From an uncultured Candidatus Saccharibacteria bacterium (GTDB lineage: Bacteria; Patescibacteriota; Saccharimonadia; Saccharimonadales; JAGQNJ01), in contig CAZPAW010000003.1 in NCBI GenBank assembly GCA_964584895.1, positions 35,009 to 99,008 of the forward strand: 64,000 nucleotides of DNA, in the 5' to 3' direction. The translations under genes were made by a program, and so were the position numbers. Numbering within the stretch: the first letter of the stretch is position 1; the number at the start of each line of letters is the position of its first letter. Below the pieces are notes generated by a model. That model saw only the letters and a list, made by a program, of their open reading frames with translations, had not been told where the DNA came from and searched no databases. Positions 26,856 to 37,126 of the stretch are shown piece by piece.

Positions 26856-28043
26856 TTAAAAATAGATATATGTATAAGTACTTGCTGTGGCGGCGCTAAC
26901 TGTATATACCCTATATACTCCGTCTCCACCTAGATTATAATCACTTACAACAATTGAACCGTCGCTATTCTTCTGCTCGACATATCTTACGTGACCATAA
27001 GTGCCACCAGTTACAGCTGCAGCACCTTTTTTTGGAGTATTTCCAGTCGGACGACTAGTGTTATATGGCCAACTTTTTGCATGACCCAAGTTAGATAAGC
27101 CCGCAGGCGTATAACCCTTAGCAGCTGTCACCCTGTAAGCAACCCAGCTTGTACAATTCCTGTAACCGTAACCCCACTCATCAAATAATCTTCTATTATA
27201 TGGACTTGCGTTTGGGTAGCCCCAATCATAATTCATACAAGGCGGGTCAGCAGCTCCAGGGAACAAACAAACAGCGTTACCGTACGGATACCCTCCACCT
27301 CCTCGGACTCCAGGAACTACACTACCGCCAAGAGATGCAAGGTTTTGGCGTACCTGCTCTGCTTGGAGTTCTGCAATTTTTTTACTATTAGCCTTAATTT
27401 GAGAATTTAGCTGACTTCGCTCGCTAGCGTTCAGAGACAATAGTCCATCTTGTTCGGCTTTTTGATTAGATAATTCATCTCGTCGTTCTTTTTGATCCTT
27501 TAATAATAATTCTATCTCAGCTTTTGCGTTTTCTAATTGGTCTTTTAGTTCGTTAATAGTTGCTAGGGTAGTTTTAATTTTTTCTTGGACAGAGTTTCTG
27601 TATTGTTCTTTATCGACAAACTCGCTTAAATCCTTGCTAGAAGCTAACATTTCTAAGGTCGAGATATCCCCTTCGATATACATGGCTCGGATGTTCTGCC
27701 CTAATAAATCACGTTGTTTTTCTAACTCAATCTCTTTTTGCTTGATAGTTTTTTCTAACTTTGATATCGTCTTTTCGCTTTTGTTGATTTCAAATTGTTT
27801 TGAAGCTATTTGACCCGCAATTTTATTAATCCTATCTTCAATACTTGATGCTGAATCCTCAAGATCTTCGACTTTTTCTTCTTTATTAGAATTTTGAGCA
27901 TTGAGTTGATTAATTTGCTCTTGTAGACTTGCAAAAACTGGACTAAAACTCAGAGACGCAACCAATAAAAAACCAACACCTACAGATAATAGATAGCGTG
28001 GTTTTATCGATTTCTTTAATAATTCTTTATTTATATGTTTCAT
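26856..28043 (-). CDS. PcsB-like coiled-coil plus CHAP-domain peptidoglycan hydrolase
   Basis: Signal/anchor sequence, ~230 aa of heptad-rich coiled coil, a Gly-rich linker, then a CHAP domain with Cys (RNCTSWVAYRV) and His (YGHVRYVE). It lies directly downstream of ftsEX. Confidence 0.7.
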   Translation of the reverse strand: MKHINKELLKKSIKPRYLLSVGVGFLLVASLSFSPVFASLQEQINQLNAQNSNKEEKVEDLEDSASSIEDRINKIAGQIASKQFEINKSEKTISKLEKTIKQKEIELEKQRDLLGQNIRAMYIEGDISTLEMLASSKDLSEFVDKEQYRNSVQEKIKTTLATINELKDQLENAKAEIELLLKDQKERRDELSNQKAEQDGLLSLNASERSQLNSQIKANSKKIAELQAEQVRQNLASLGGSVVPGVRGGGGYPYGNAVCLFPGAADPPCMNYDWGYPNASPYNRRLFDEWGYGYRNCTSWVAYRVTAAKGYTPAGLSNLGHAKSWPYNTSRPTGNTPKKGAAAVTGGTYGHVRYVEQKNSDGSIVVSDYNLGGDGVYRVYTVSAATASTYTYIYF

Positions 28044-28125
28044 TTTTTAATTAGCATAACAATTATATCATATAGACTTATCATTTGACAATAGCCTTCT
28101 TTTATTTATTAGCATTATTGTGTGG

Positions 28126-29076
28126 TTATTTTGAGCTTTTGAATTTCAGATATCTCCGTGTTGCAATTATCGATGACGATGCGCCAATAAAAACTCCAAT
28201 CATTAATTGAATGGCAAGAATATACCAGAAATACTGAGCAAAATAATCACTTGCATATTGAATATCTAGTAAGCCTAGAGTTGTAGCGCTAAATGCATTT
28301 GTTTGTACTGCGAAAATTGCACTACATAACATGACTGAGATTATGGCTGAAATTACTCCGTACATAATTGTCTCTACAACAAATGGTCCTCGAATATAAG
28401 ATGTACTAGCGCCTAATAATCTCATAATTGATAATTCTTCTCGTCGATTAAAAATCGCCATACGAATAGTATTAAAAATAATCAGCATAGAAATTAATGC
28501 AAATATTATTACACCAAACACACCAGCCTTCCTGATGAAACTAGTCGCAAGAGCGATTTTATCAATAGCTTCTTTCCTGTCTCCAGAATAGGAAGTTTCC
28601 TCGGATTGTAATTTTTTTATATCTGCACTTTCGAGAAATTCTTTAATCGGTTGAATATCATCAGTATTAATAGGTTTAATTAACAAGCTTGCTGGTAGCG
28701 GGTTATCCGTTTGCGAGATTGCGATCAACAAATCAGGATTATCTTTATTTTGTTCTTTATATTTATCTAGTGCGTCATCTTTAGAAACAAAACTAACTGA
28801 CTGAACGTTTTCAAGATTAGTTATTTGGTTAATTAATGTATTCCGAGCCCCTTCATCTTCGGCTACTTCATCAGTTAAATAAACCGATATGTCTATCTTG
28901 TCGTTTATCTGAGCAATTGTATTAGCGAAAGTTGCATTTGCAATAACCGAGAACAATAAAATTGAAAGGGTGATAACCATTACAGCTATAGCAGCAACTG
29001 CTAGCCAGGCATTACGGAAAAAATTAATAAATCCACTTTTAATTATCCGCTCAAATTGTATCAACCCTCTTTTCAT
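28126..29076 (-). CDS. ftsX: Cell division ABC transporter permease FtsX
   Basis: 4-TM FtsX topology with a large first extracellular loop. 2 nt downstream of ftsE. Confidence 0.8.
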   Translation of the reverse strand: MKRGLIQFERIIKSGFINFFRNAWLAVAAIAVMVITLSILLFSVIANATFANTIAQINDKIDISVYLTDEVAEDEGARNTLINQITNLENVQSVSFVSKDDALDKYKEQNKDNPDLLIAISQTDNPLPASLLIKPINTDDIQPIKEFLESADIKKLQSEETSYSGDRKEAIDKIALATSFIRKAGVFGVIIFALISMLIIFNTIRMAIFNRREELSIMRLLGASTSYIRGPFVVETIMYGVISAIISVMLCSAIFAVQTNAFSATTLGLLDIQYASDYFAQYFWYILAIQLMIGVFIGASSSIIATRRYLKFKSSK

Positions 29077-29077
29077 A

Positions 29078-29758
29078 TCAAGCTGTATAGTTCCCTCTAG
29101 CTCTATCGCTAACGATTTTTCCTTTTTCGATTGTAATAACTCGACGTTTTAATTTATTAACAATTTCTTGGTTGTGAGTAGTTAGTAAGACTGTAGTACC
29201 ATATTTGTTAATCTTCTCTAAAACCTTGATTACGTCCCATGCATGAGCAGGATCAAGGTTGCCTGTAGGTTCGTCGGCAATTAATATTTTTGGCTGACGT
29301 GCGATAGCTCTAGCGATGGCCGCTCTCTGCCTTTCTCCCCCTGATAATTGCCATGGGTATTGTTTTTCCTTGCCTTTTAAGCCAACTATCGCCAAAACTC
29401 TAGGCACAGTATGTTTTATTTCACTGTTACTAGCCCCCACAATTTCAAGAGCAAATGCTACGTTTTCATAAGTTGTTTTATTTGGGAGTAATTTAAAATC
29501 CTGAAAAACAACTCCAATTTTTCTGCGAATTAATGGAATCTTTTTATCTTTTAGATGTTCGTAATCAATACCACCCACAACAATTTTTCCGCTATTAGGA
29601 CGCTCTTCTCTGGTTAATAGTTTTAAAAAAGTTGATTTACCAGCTCCGCTCGGACCAACAATAATTACGAATTCTTTAGGTTCTACATGTAGGCTAACCC
29701 GATCTAATGCTACGTTTGTCTTGTTATATACTCTGGTTACCCTATCTAATAAAATCAC
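29078..29758 (-). CDS. ftsE: Cell division ATP-binding protein FtsE
   Basis: Walker A GPSGAGKST, signature LSGGERQR and Walker B ILIADEPTGNLD. Confidence 0.9.
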   Translation of the reverse strand: MILLDRVTRVYNKTNVALDRVSLHVEPKEFVIIVGPSGAGKSTFLKLLTREERPNSGKIVVGGIDYEHLKDKKIPLIRRKIGVVFQDFKLLPNKTTYENVAFALEIVGASNSEIKHTVPRVLAIVGLKGKEKQYPWQLSGGERQRAAIARAIARQPKILIADEPTGNLDPAHAWDVIKVLEKINKYGTTVLLTTHNQEIVNKLKRRVITIEKGKIVSDRARGNYTA

Positions 29759-29806
29759 GTTCTACATTATAGCAAAAGCATTATTAGTTACATAGGATGG
29801 ATTTGA

Positions 29807-30895
29807 TTAATTCTCGTTCAAATTATTGTCTAGATAAGAATTTATAAAATCATCGATATCGCCGTCCAAAACTTTATTCACATCTGTTGTTTCATAATTT
29901 GTTCTTAAATCCTTCACTAGTTTATAAGGATGAAGTATATAGGAACGGATTTGATTGCCCCATTCTGCTGATTTGTTAGGACCTTTCAATAACTGAATCT
30001 TTTCTTGATGTTGTTCGATTTGAAGCTGGGACAGCTTTGAAAGCAGTATCGTCATCGCTGTTTCTTTATTTTGTAGTTGCGAGCGTTCGTTTTGAATACT
30101 CACTACTATCCCAGTAGGTATATGCGTTAATCGAACGGCTGAATCAGTTGTATTGACGCTTTGACCGCCATGCCCACCAGCACGAAAAACGTCAATCTTT
30201 ATATCTTTTTCATCAATATCAAGCTGATCTGATCGATCAATTTTTGGCAGAACGTCTACTTTAGCAAAACTTGTCTGCCGCAAATTATCGGAATTAAACG
30301 GGCTTAACCTAACGAGTCTATGGACACCATGTTCAGATTTAAGTTTGCCGTATGCAAAATCTCCATTTACTACAAGTGTAGCATTCTTTATCCCTGCTTC
30401 TTCACCGGGAGTTTGATTAATTAACTCTGTTTTGAAATTATGATTCTCAAAATATCTTGTGTACATCCTAAGCAACATAGCTGCCCAATCTTGGGCATCT
30501 GTCCCACCTGCCCCAGCATAAATTGACAATATTGCATTGTCTGCATCGTGATCACCAGAAAATTTTAATTGTTCTTTAATCGTATTAAACTTTTCAACTA
30601 GGTCTACGTATTGTGTCTCAAGTTCGCTAATCATTTTATCGTCATTAAGAGCGGCAAGTTCTACGAGCTCGGTAGCATCATTCATAATAGTTTTCCAGAG
30701 TTCTACTCTGGACTCTAGGCTTCCTACTTCACGCATTATAATCTGAGCTTGTTTAGAATCTTTCCAAAAATCTTCAGATTGAGTTTTTATTTTAAGAGAA
30801 CCTAGTCTATTCTCAAGATCTTTCAGTTTAATCTGATCAGATGCATCAAATATCTTATCCCGAATTTTTCTTATTTTCTGAGTCAACTCATCCAT
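29807..30895 (-). CDS. prfB: Peptide chain release factor 2 (single uninterrupted ORF)
   Basis: SPF motif (RLSPFNS) and GGQ ([23 protein letters not shown]). The N-terminal region is in frame, so no +1 frameshift site is present. Confidence 0.9.
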   Translation of the reverse strand: MDELTQKIRKIRDKIFDASDQIKLKDLENRLGSLKIKTQSEDFWKDSKQAQIIMREVGSLESRVELWKTIMNDATELVELAALNDDKMISELETQYVDLVEKFNTIKEQLKFSGDHDADNAILSIYAGAGGTDAQDWAAMLLRMYTRYFENHNFKTELINQTPGEEAGIKNATLVVNGDFAYGKLKSEHGVHRLVRLSPFNSDNLRQTSFAKVDVLPKIDRSDQLDIDEKDIKIDVFRAGGHGGQSVNTTDSAVRLTHIPTGIVVSIQNERSQLQNKETAMTILLSKLSQLQIEQHQEKIQLLKGPNKSAEWGNQIRSYILHPYKLVKDLRTNYETTDVNKVLDGDIDDFINSYLDNNLNEN

Positions 30896-30944
30896 ACAAA
30901 CTAAATTATAGCTTAGTTTAAGTTTATAGTCTGTTTAAACGTTT

Positions 30945-31409
30945 TTAGCGACCGATGAAAAGTATGGTAGTAAGTATTATTAATACTGCCAATAATATTC
31001 CGACGATTAAACCGAACTTTTTATTAGACTGACTGTCAGCTGGTCCCATTTTCGATTGATTGGGTTGAAGCGGCTGAATTGGTTGTTGTTCAGATGAGAG
31101 TTGTTGCGATGCAGGTGGTGTCAACGGAGGAGTTTGGGGAATATTTGGATTCACTGCATTTGGTTCATTAACGGATGGTATAGGATAATTAATTGGCGAT
31201 TCTTGATTTTGACTTAATCCATTTGCCGACAAATTCTGGTTACCAGTGTTTTCTGATGGTTGATTGTAATTTGATTGAGTATTTGAATTAGGTATTGGAC
31301 TAGCTGCAACTGGTATATCGTTTCCTAAATTGTCATTAGGTACCAAGGGTTGATTTGCTTGTGGTGCGCCTAATGGTTGGCTAGTATTTGACTGATTTTC
31401 GTCCATCAC
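30945..31409 (-). CDS. Low-complexity P/Q/N-rich protein with a C-terminal TM anchor
   Basis: 154 aa ending with FGLIVGILLAVLIILTTILFIGR. The rest is P/Q/N/S-rich. Confidence 0.4.
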   Translation of the reverse strand: MMDENQSNTSQPLGAPQANQPLVPNDNLGNDIPVAASPIPNSNTQSNYNQPSENTGNQNLSANGLSQNQESPINYPIPSVNEPNAVNPNIPQTPPLTPPASQQLSSEQQPIQPLQPNQSKMGPADSQSNKKFGLIVGILLAVLIILTTILFIGR

Positions 31410-31456
31410 AGCTCCTATATAATCAAAACTAAGATAAAACTATTCTACACTTATGC

Positions 31457-32764
31457 TTATCGCTTTGTAAATGACGATTTTGACCATAATGGGCTTACAA
31501 TTTTTGAAAGGTCTGATATTAATTCGTCATCAGCTTTGCCAAGTAGACCAAAACCGCCAATGCGTTGACTAAACATTTTGTTAGTTATATCAACTATTTG
31601 TTCTAACGAAACCGCCTCTATTCGTTTCGGAATATCATAATAATCCTCAACGCTATCATTAAAAAAATAATTCGTACTATAACCCGCCGCTGTCCCCGAT
31701 ACAGTTTGTGCACTTCTTTGATATCTACCTAGCGCATATTGTTTAGAACTCTGAATGTCTTGTCCGCTCAGCAAGCCTTTCCTAGTATTGATTAGTTCTC
31801 TTGTTATCAATTCAAATAATGGCCTGATATTGTCTGGATGAACCTGTGCTGCAAACCACCAATTACTACCACCATTCCAACGAGCATGAGATGAGCTGAC
31901 ATCATAAACAATCCCCTGCTCTCTAGCAGCGCCTAATATTCTAGAATGAAATGTTTCAGTCAGTAAATTATTGGCTAAAGAAAGTGCATCACTTTCTTTA
32001 TTATTCATCCATCTATCCATAAAGGTATCAATATAAAAATAGATATTATCAACCGACGCTTTTGTAATGAAAAGTGGTTTTTTCATTTTCTTTGGAGTTT
32101 CATCTGGCAATGCTATCCGCGAACTAGTATGAGGAAGTACCAAATTCTCTAACAAGTTGATCATATCCGCCTGTTTACTTTTTGTAATTTTGCCAGCAAA
32201 AACAAATCTCATATTACCTGTAGTATGAGTGCTTATGTAATGTTTGCGGACATCGTCAATCGTTACATTATTTAAAAATTTTAACCTCTCTTGATCAGTC
32301 ATCGCAATTAATCCGTTTTCTTGTCGTAACGCCAAACCTAGATGACGAAAATTATTATTCGATCGTGATACTAATTCTTCTCTTACGTTACCTAATTCAG
32401 CCTCAAATTCTTCCTCTAAAAATAATGGTTTCGTAATAGCAAGGATGGCTAATTCGAGTATTCTTCGCCACTCAAAATCTGCACACTCAAACTCATAAGT
32501 TATGTCATACACTCCGGTTGAAGCATTAGAATAAGCGCCATTCTTTTCAACTTCCGCTTGAAACAATCGACTTTTTGGGTACTGATCGTTAGCGCCTAAT
32601 AATATATGTTCCATCAGATGCGCTGTTTCATATTTTTCTGAAGGCGCTAGAAAATCTCCTGCTCGAAAATTAATCTCATAGGTCATCACAGACGCATCAG
32701 GCACATTGATAAATAGGCCCTTGATACCATTTTTAAGAGTTACTTGAGTAACAGTATGTTTCAT
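31457..32764 (-). CDS. M16 (pitrilysin/insulinase) family zinc peptidase
   Basis: Inverted zinc motif HxxEH (AHLMEHILLG). 435 aa with two-lobed M16 architecture. Confidence 0.75.
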   Translation of the reverse strand: MKHTVTQVTLKNGIKGLFINVPDASVMTYEINFRAGDFLAPSEKYETAHLMEHILLGANDQYPKSRLFQAEVEKNGAYSNASTGVYDITYEFECADFEWRRILELAILAITKPLFLEEEFEAELGNVREELVSRSNNNFRHLGLALRQENGLIAMTDQERLKFLNNVTIDDVRKHYISTHTTGNMRFVFAGKITKSKQADMINLLENLVLPHTSSRIALPDETPKKMKKPLFITKASVDNIYFYIDTFMDRWMNNKESDALSLANNLLTETFHSRILGAAREQGIVYDVSSSHARWNGGSNWWFAAQVHPDNIRPLFELITRELINTRKGLLSGQDIQSSKQYALGRYQRSAQTVSGTAAGYSTNYFFNDSVEDYYDIPKRIEAVSLEQIVDITNKMFSQRIGGFGLLGKADDELISDLSKIVSPLWSKSSFTKR

Positions 32765-35404
32765 TTATTTTTTTCTGCGACCCTTATGTCTTCTTTGTCT
32801 TTCTGATTTTCTAGCTTTTGATTTCGATTTTTTCTTTAAATTTGATCTTTTAGTTGCATTACTTCGTTGTTGAACTACCGGGGCTGATGAAGATTTGGCA
32901 TATGCAAAATCTTCTGCCTTAAACTCTTCTACGTCAATAATCTTATCAGCATTTTCAATCGATTGACGTGCGGCTCTTGTTAATTCTGTTTCAATAGGCT
33001 GATCAATATCTTCTTCTGCGAGCGGTTCTGCACTAAATAAGGACTTTAAAACATCGTGTTGCAACGTTCTCTGCATGGTTTCAAAAATCATCTGAGCTTG
33101 CCGTCGATATTCTACTAAAGGATCACGCTGCCCGACACTAATCCAACCAATCCCCTCTCTTAAATGATCCATGTTTTCTAAGTGTTGCATCCATAGATTA
33201 TCTAAGGTTTGTAGATATATATCGCTTTCAACTTTTCGCATAATTTCCGGTGTAAATAATTTTTCTCTTTCTTCGTAGAGTTTTTGAGCCTCCTTCTTCA
33301 ACGCGGCTGGAAATTTATTAATATCTTCCGAAAATAACTTATCTAAAGTTTTTTCGCTAAAAGGAAATACCTCTGTAACAATATCTTCATAATCATCGCT
33401 CGTAATTTTCTCTGAATTTGCAATAAAATCTGTTTCGTTCTGTATGAGTTGTTTTATTCTCGGGCTAATATCATTTTGTTTTAGTATTTCCCTGCGCATA
33501 ATATAAGTTGCTTTACGATGACGATTCATTACGTCGTCATATTGGACAAGATTCTTGCGCTGATCAAAGTTAAAGCCTTCTACTTTTTTCTGGGCGCCCT
33601 CAAGGCTCTTTGATATAAAACGATTTTCGATTGGCGTCTCTTCATCAGCGGTCAATCTGTCCATAACGGCCGCTATACGTTCGCCTCCAAAAATTCTCAT
33701 TAAATCGTCCTCGCAAGAAACAAAAAACTGACTAGCTCCTGGATCGCCCTGTCGCCCAGAACGACCTCTTAACTGGTTATCTATACGCCTAGACTCATGT
33801 CTTTCACTACCGAGAACGAAAAGCCCGCCAAGCTCCTTCACTTCTTCCGCTAACATAATATCGGTACCTCGACCTGCAATATTTGTAGCAAGTGTTACTG
33901 CGCCCTTTTGTCCTGCTTTCGCGACTATACTTGCCTCTTTTTCATTATTTTTTGCGTTCAAAACTTGGTGCGGTATCTTAGCTTCTCTCAATAATTTTGA
34001 TAGTTTTTCATTCTTTTCAATCGATACAGTTCCGATTAGCACTGGCTGACCAATATCGTTAAGTCTTTTTAACTCTTTTACAATCGCTCTGAATTTACCT
34101 GCTTCAGTTTTAAATATCTTATCAGGCTTATCATCCCGAATAACTTTTTTGTTCGGCGGTATCTGTATGACATCCAATTCATAAATTTGATGAAACTCTT
34201 CTTGCTCGGTCTCAGCAGTTCCCGTCATACCTGATAGTTTGGTATACAATCGGAATAAATTCTGAAAGCTAATTGTAGCCAATGTCATCGATTCTTCTTG
34301 AACTGCGACTCCTTCTTTAGCTTCAATGGCTTGATGTAATCCTTCGTTGTATCGCCGACCTTTTAATAATCTCCCTGTAAACTCATCAACAATCACCACT
34401 TCGCCATCGTTTGTTACAACATAATTCTTGTCACGTTCAAATAATGCTTTAGCTCTCAGAGCTTGTTCTAGATGATAAATTGTCCTAATATTATCAGTCG
34501 CATACAAACTATCTATACCTAGAATTTTTTCAACTTCTTCAATGCCCGCATCTGTCAGTACTACCGCTTTGCGCTTTTCATCTTTTTCGTAATGCTCTTC
34601 TTCACTTAAGCGATTAACTATTCGGGCGAACTGTTCGTAGGCGTTCGCACTAGCTGAGGCTGGCGCAGAAATAATTAACGGAGTCCTAGCCTCGTCAATA
34701 AGAATTGAGTCAACCTCATCAACAATTGCAAAATTAAGTTCTCTTTGTCGTAACTGTTCAACTTCTCTCACCATATTATCGCGTAAATAATCAAAGCCAA
34801 ACTCATTGTTTGTTCCATAAGTGATGTCAGCTTTATAAGCTTCTTGTCGGCTACAAGGTTTTAAATGTCGAAATCTAGTATCGTCGTGAGTATCATCCAC
34901 GAATTCTTTATCAAAAATATATGATTCATCAGGCATAATTATGCCGACACTTAGTCCAAGAAAATTATAGATTTCACCCATCCAGCCACCATGAAGTCTA
35001 GCTAAATAATCGTTAACCGTTACAAGATGTGCACCCTTTTCTTCGAGTGCGTTTAAATATAGAGGTAGTGTTGCAACTAAAGTTTTACCCTCGCCGGTTT
35101 TCATCTCGGCTACAGATCCTTCATGCAAAACCATGCCTCCCACCAACTGAACATCAAAATGACGTTGTCCTATTACTCTAAATGCAGTCTCTCTAACTAA
35201 CGCAAATGCATCTGGAAGGATCTTGTCTAATGTACTGCCATCTTTAAGCCGTTTTTTTAAAACGTTGGTTTGCTCACGAAGTTTTTTGTCGCTGAGTTTT
35301 TTGTATTTTGGCTCTAATGCATTTATCTCTGCCACACGTTTAGTTAAACGTTTTAATGTCCTTGCTTGTGGGTCACCTAAAATTTTCTTTGCTATCTTAT
35401 TCAC
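32765..35404 (-). CDS. secA: Preprotein translocase ATPase SecA
   Basis: MKTGEGKTLVATLP, DEVDSILIDEARTPLIIS, and a basic C-terminal tail. 879 aa. Confidence 0.95.
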   Translation of the reverse strand: MNKIAKKILGDPQARTLKRLTKRVAEINALEPKYKKLSDKKLREQTNVLKKRLKDGSTLDKILPDAFALVRETAFRVIGQRHFDVQLVGGMVLHEGSVAEMKTGEGKTLVATLPLYLNALEEKGAHLVTVNDYLARLHGGWMGEIYNFLGLSVGIIMPDESYIFDKEFVDDTHDDTRFRHLKPCSRQEAYKADITYGTNNEFGFDYLRDNMVREVEQLRQRELNFAIVDEVDSILIDEARTPLIISAPASASANAYEQFARIVNRLSEEEHYEKDEKRKAVVLTDAGIEEVEKILGIDSLYATDNIRTIYHLEQALRAKALFERDKNYVVTNDGEVVIVDEFTGRLLKGRRYNEGLHQAIEAKEGVAVQEESMTLATISFQNLFRLYTKLSGMTGTAETEQEEFHQIYELDVIQIPPNKKVIRDDKPDKIFKTEAGKFRAIVKELKRLNDIGQPVLIGTVSIEKNEKLSKLLREAKIPHQVLNAKNNEKEASIVAKAGQKGAVTLATNIAGRGTDIMLAEEVKELGGLFVLGSERHESRRIDNQLRGRSGRQGDPGASQFFVSCEDDLMRIFGGERIAAVMDRLTADEETPIENRFISKSLEGAQKKVEGFNFDQRKNLVQYDDVMNRHRKATYIMRREILKQNDISPRIKQLIQNETDFIANSEKITSDDYEDIVTEVFPFSEKTLDKLFSEDINKFPAALKKEAQKLYEEREKLFTPEIMRKVESDIYLQTLDNLWMQHLENMDHLREGIGWISVGQRDPLVEYRRQAQMIFETMQRTLQHDVLKSLFSAEPLAEEDIDQPIETELTRAARQSIENADKIIDVEEFKAEDFAYAKSSSAPVVQQRSNATKRSNLKKKSKSKARKSERQRRHKGRRKK

Positions 35405-35459
35405 TACTATTAATCTCTTCCCTCAATTCAGTTTTTTAGCTTAATTTATTGTAACTTAT

Positions 35460-35825
35460 CTATCTTGTTTTACGCGAACGTAATTTTGCTAATATTTTGA
35501 GCGAAACCTTATGGTTGGTATGCTTATCCTTGTATTTTTTTAACTGATTTTTTAATTTTGTTTCAACGATATCAATTGCTGCATACATATTTATAGTAGA
35601 TTCCTTCGTGTTAATACTTTCTTTAGGTAACACGAGCATAACTTCACAAGTACATTCTTTTTTAGTTTTTATTACACGTTCTTTTAGATAGACTTTTACA
35701 TGAACTGAATCACGAGCATACCTAGGAATATACTTGTCTAGTTTTCCGATCTTTTTTTCAGCGTATTTGCGTAAATTCGCATCAATTTTTAAGTTTACAC
35801 CTTGTATTTCCATTTTGTTAATCAT
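35460..35825 (-). CDS. hpf: Ribosome hibernation promoting factor / RaiA family (short form)
   Basis: MEIQGVNLKIDANLRKYAEKKIGKLDKY is typical of HPF. TAATG overlap with serS; ATG 35813 is an alternative start. Confidence 0.8.
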   Translation of the reverse strand: MINKMEIQGVNLKIDANLRKYAEKKIGKLDKYIPRYARDSVHVKVYLKERVIKTKKECTCEVMLVLPKESINTKESTINMYAAIDIVETKLKNQLKKYKDKHTNHKVSLKILAKLRSRKTR

Positions 35826-37126
35826 TATATTTTCTCCCTTCCTTGCATATATGGTCTCAAAATTTTTGGAATTATCACATCTCCATCTTTTGTTTGATTA
35901 TTCTCTATAATCGCTATTAATGGACGCTCTGAAAATGCTGTTGCATCATTGTTGTGAACAAGCTGAATCTCTCCGTTGGCTCTTTTTACCCTAGTTTTTG
36001 TACGCCTAGCCTGATAATCGGTCATATAATCTGCGGTATGTGTCTCGCGATACTGTTTTTGCCCAGGTAGCCACGTATCAATATCAGTGCCCGAGGCATT
36101 CGGGCCACCGATATCAGCAGTACATTTTGTTACTACATTATATGGCAAGTCGAGACTTTGCATCAGGTATTCTTGAACAGCAATCATAAATCTATACTCT
36201 TCTTTACCGTCTTCTGGCAAATTAAAGCTCTCCATTTCTAATTTATTAAATTGATGGAGCCTCAACATGCCCTCCATATCTTTTCCATATGTTCCTGCTT
36301 CTTTTCGAAACGCCGTAGTGTATCCAAGTAATCTAATTGGAAATTGTTTTTCTTCTAATATCTCGCCCATGTACATAGGGGCAAGGACATGTTCGGCGCT
36401 GGCGTTAAGCCATAACTCCTCATCAGCTATTTGATATGTTTGCTCCTCTTTATTCAGCCTGCCAGTTGCTTCAAATACCTCTGTTGTAGCCATAGCTGGC
36501 GGCAAAACAAAACAAAATGGCTTATCGGCTACTTTAAGATTATTCTCATCGATAATTTTTTTAATAATTTTATGGTCAGTCAACTGCTCTATAGCAAACT
36601 GCCACAAAGCAAACTCCATTTGAGCAAGATCGCCTTTAATGTATAAAAATCTACTGCCCGCCACCTTAACAGCGCGCTCTTTGTCTATCCAACCTTTTTT
36701 TTGAGCGATCTCCCAATGATTTTTTACCGGAAAATCGAATTGCGGTTTATCACCAACTTTTTTTGATACTACATTGTCAGCTTCACTTTTACCAACCGGA
36801 ACATCTTTTAAAGGTATATTTGGGATCAATTTTAATTTTGATTGTAACTCTTGTTTAAGTTTTTCTAATTCGTCTTCTAGTGGAATCAATTCTTTCTTTA
36901 TTTCAATTCCTGCTTTTATTTGTGCTTCGCTCGGTTTACTTCCCTTGGCAGATTCTGCAATTATTCTACGCTTTGACCGAAGTTCATCAATTATTGGCGC
37001 AAGATGTCTTCTCTTGGCATCAATAGCATTAACTTCATCGACAATTTTCGAAACATCATAACCCTTTAATTTGCTCTTCTCTTTTACGTAATCTGGTTTT
37101 TCATTTATTATTTTAATATCTAACAT
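35825..37126 (-). CDS. serS: Serine--tRNA ligase
   Basis: N-terminal coiled-coil arm and class II core (TTAFRKEAGTYGKDMEGMLRLHQFNKLE). Confidence 0.95.
   Translation of the reverse strand: MLDIKIINEKPDYVKEKSKLKGYDVSKIVDEVNAIDAKRRHLAPIIDELRSKRRIIAESAKGSKPSEAQIKAGIEIKKELIPLEDELEKLKQELQSKLKLIPNIPLKDVPVGKSEADNVVSKKVGDKPQFDFPVKNHWEIAQKKGWIDKERAVKVAGSRFLYIKGDLAQMEFALWQFAIEQLTDHKIIKKIIDENNLKVADKPFCFVLPPAMATTEVFEATGRLNKEEQTYQIADEELWLNASAEHVLAPMYMGEILEEKQFPIRLLGYTTAFRKEAGTYGKDMEGMLRLHQFNKLEMESFNLPEDGKEEYRFMIAVQEYLMQSLDLPYNVVTKCTADIGGPNASGTDIDTWLPGQKQYRETHTADYMTDYQARRTKTRVKRANGEIQLVHNNDATAFSERPLIAIIENNQTKDGDVIIPKILRPYMQGREKI

Noticed and set aside
29807-30895. Programmed +1 frameshift in prfB, or an alternative genetic code (UGA recoding as in some CPR lineages)
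   Set aside because: RF2 is encoded as a single full-length ORF that includes the N-terminal region. TGA is used as a stop (for example ftsW at 1305 and the ORF ending at 43448). All conserved genes are intact under the standard code.
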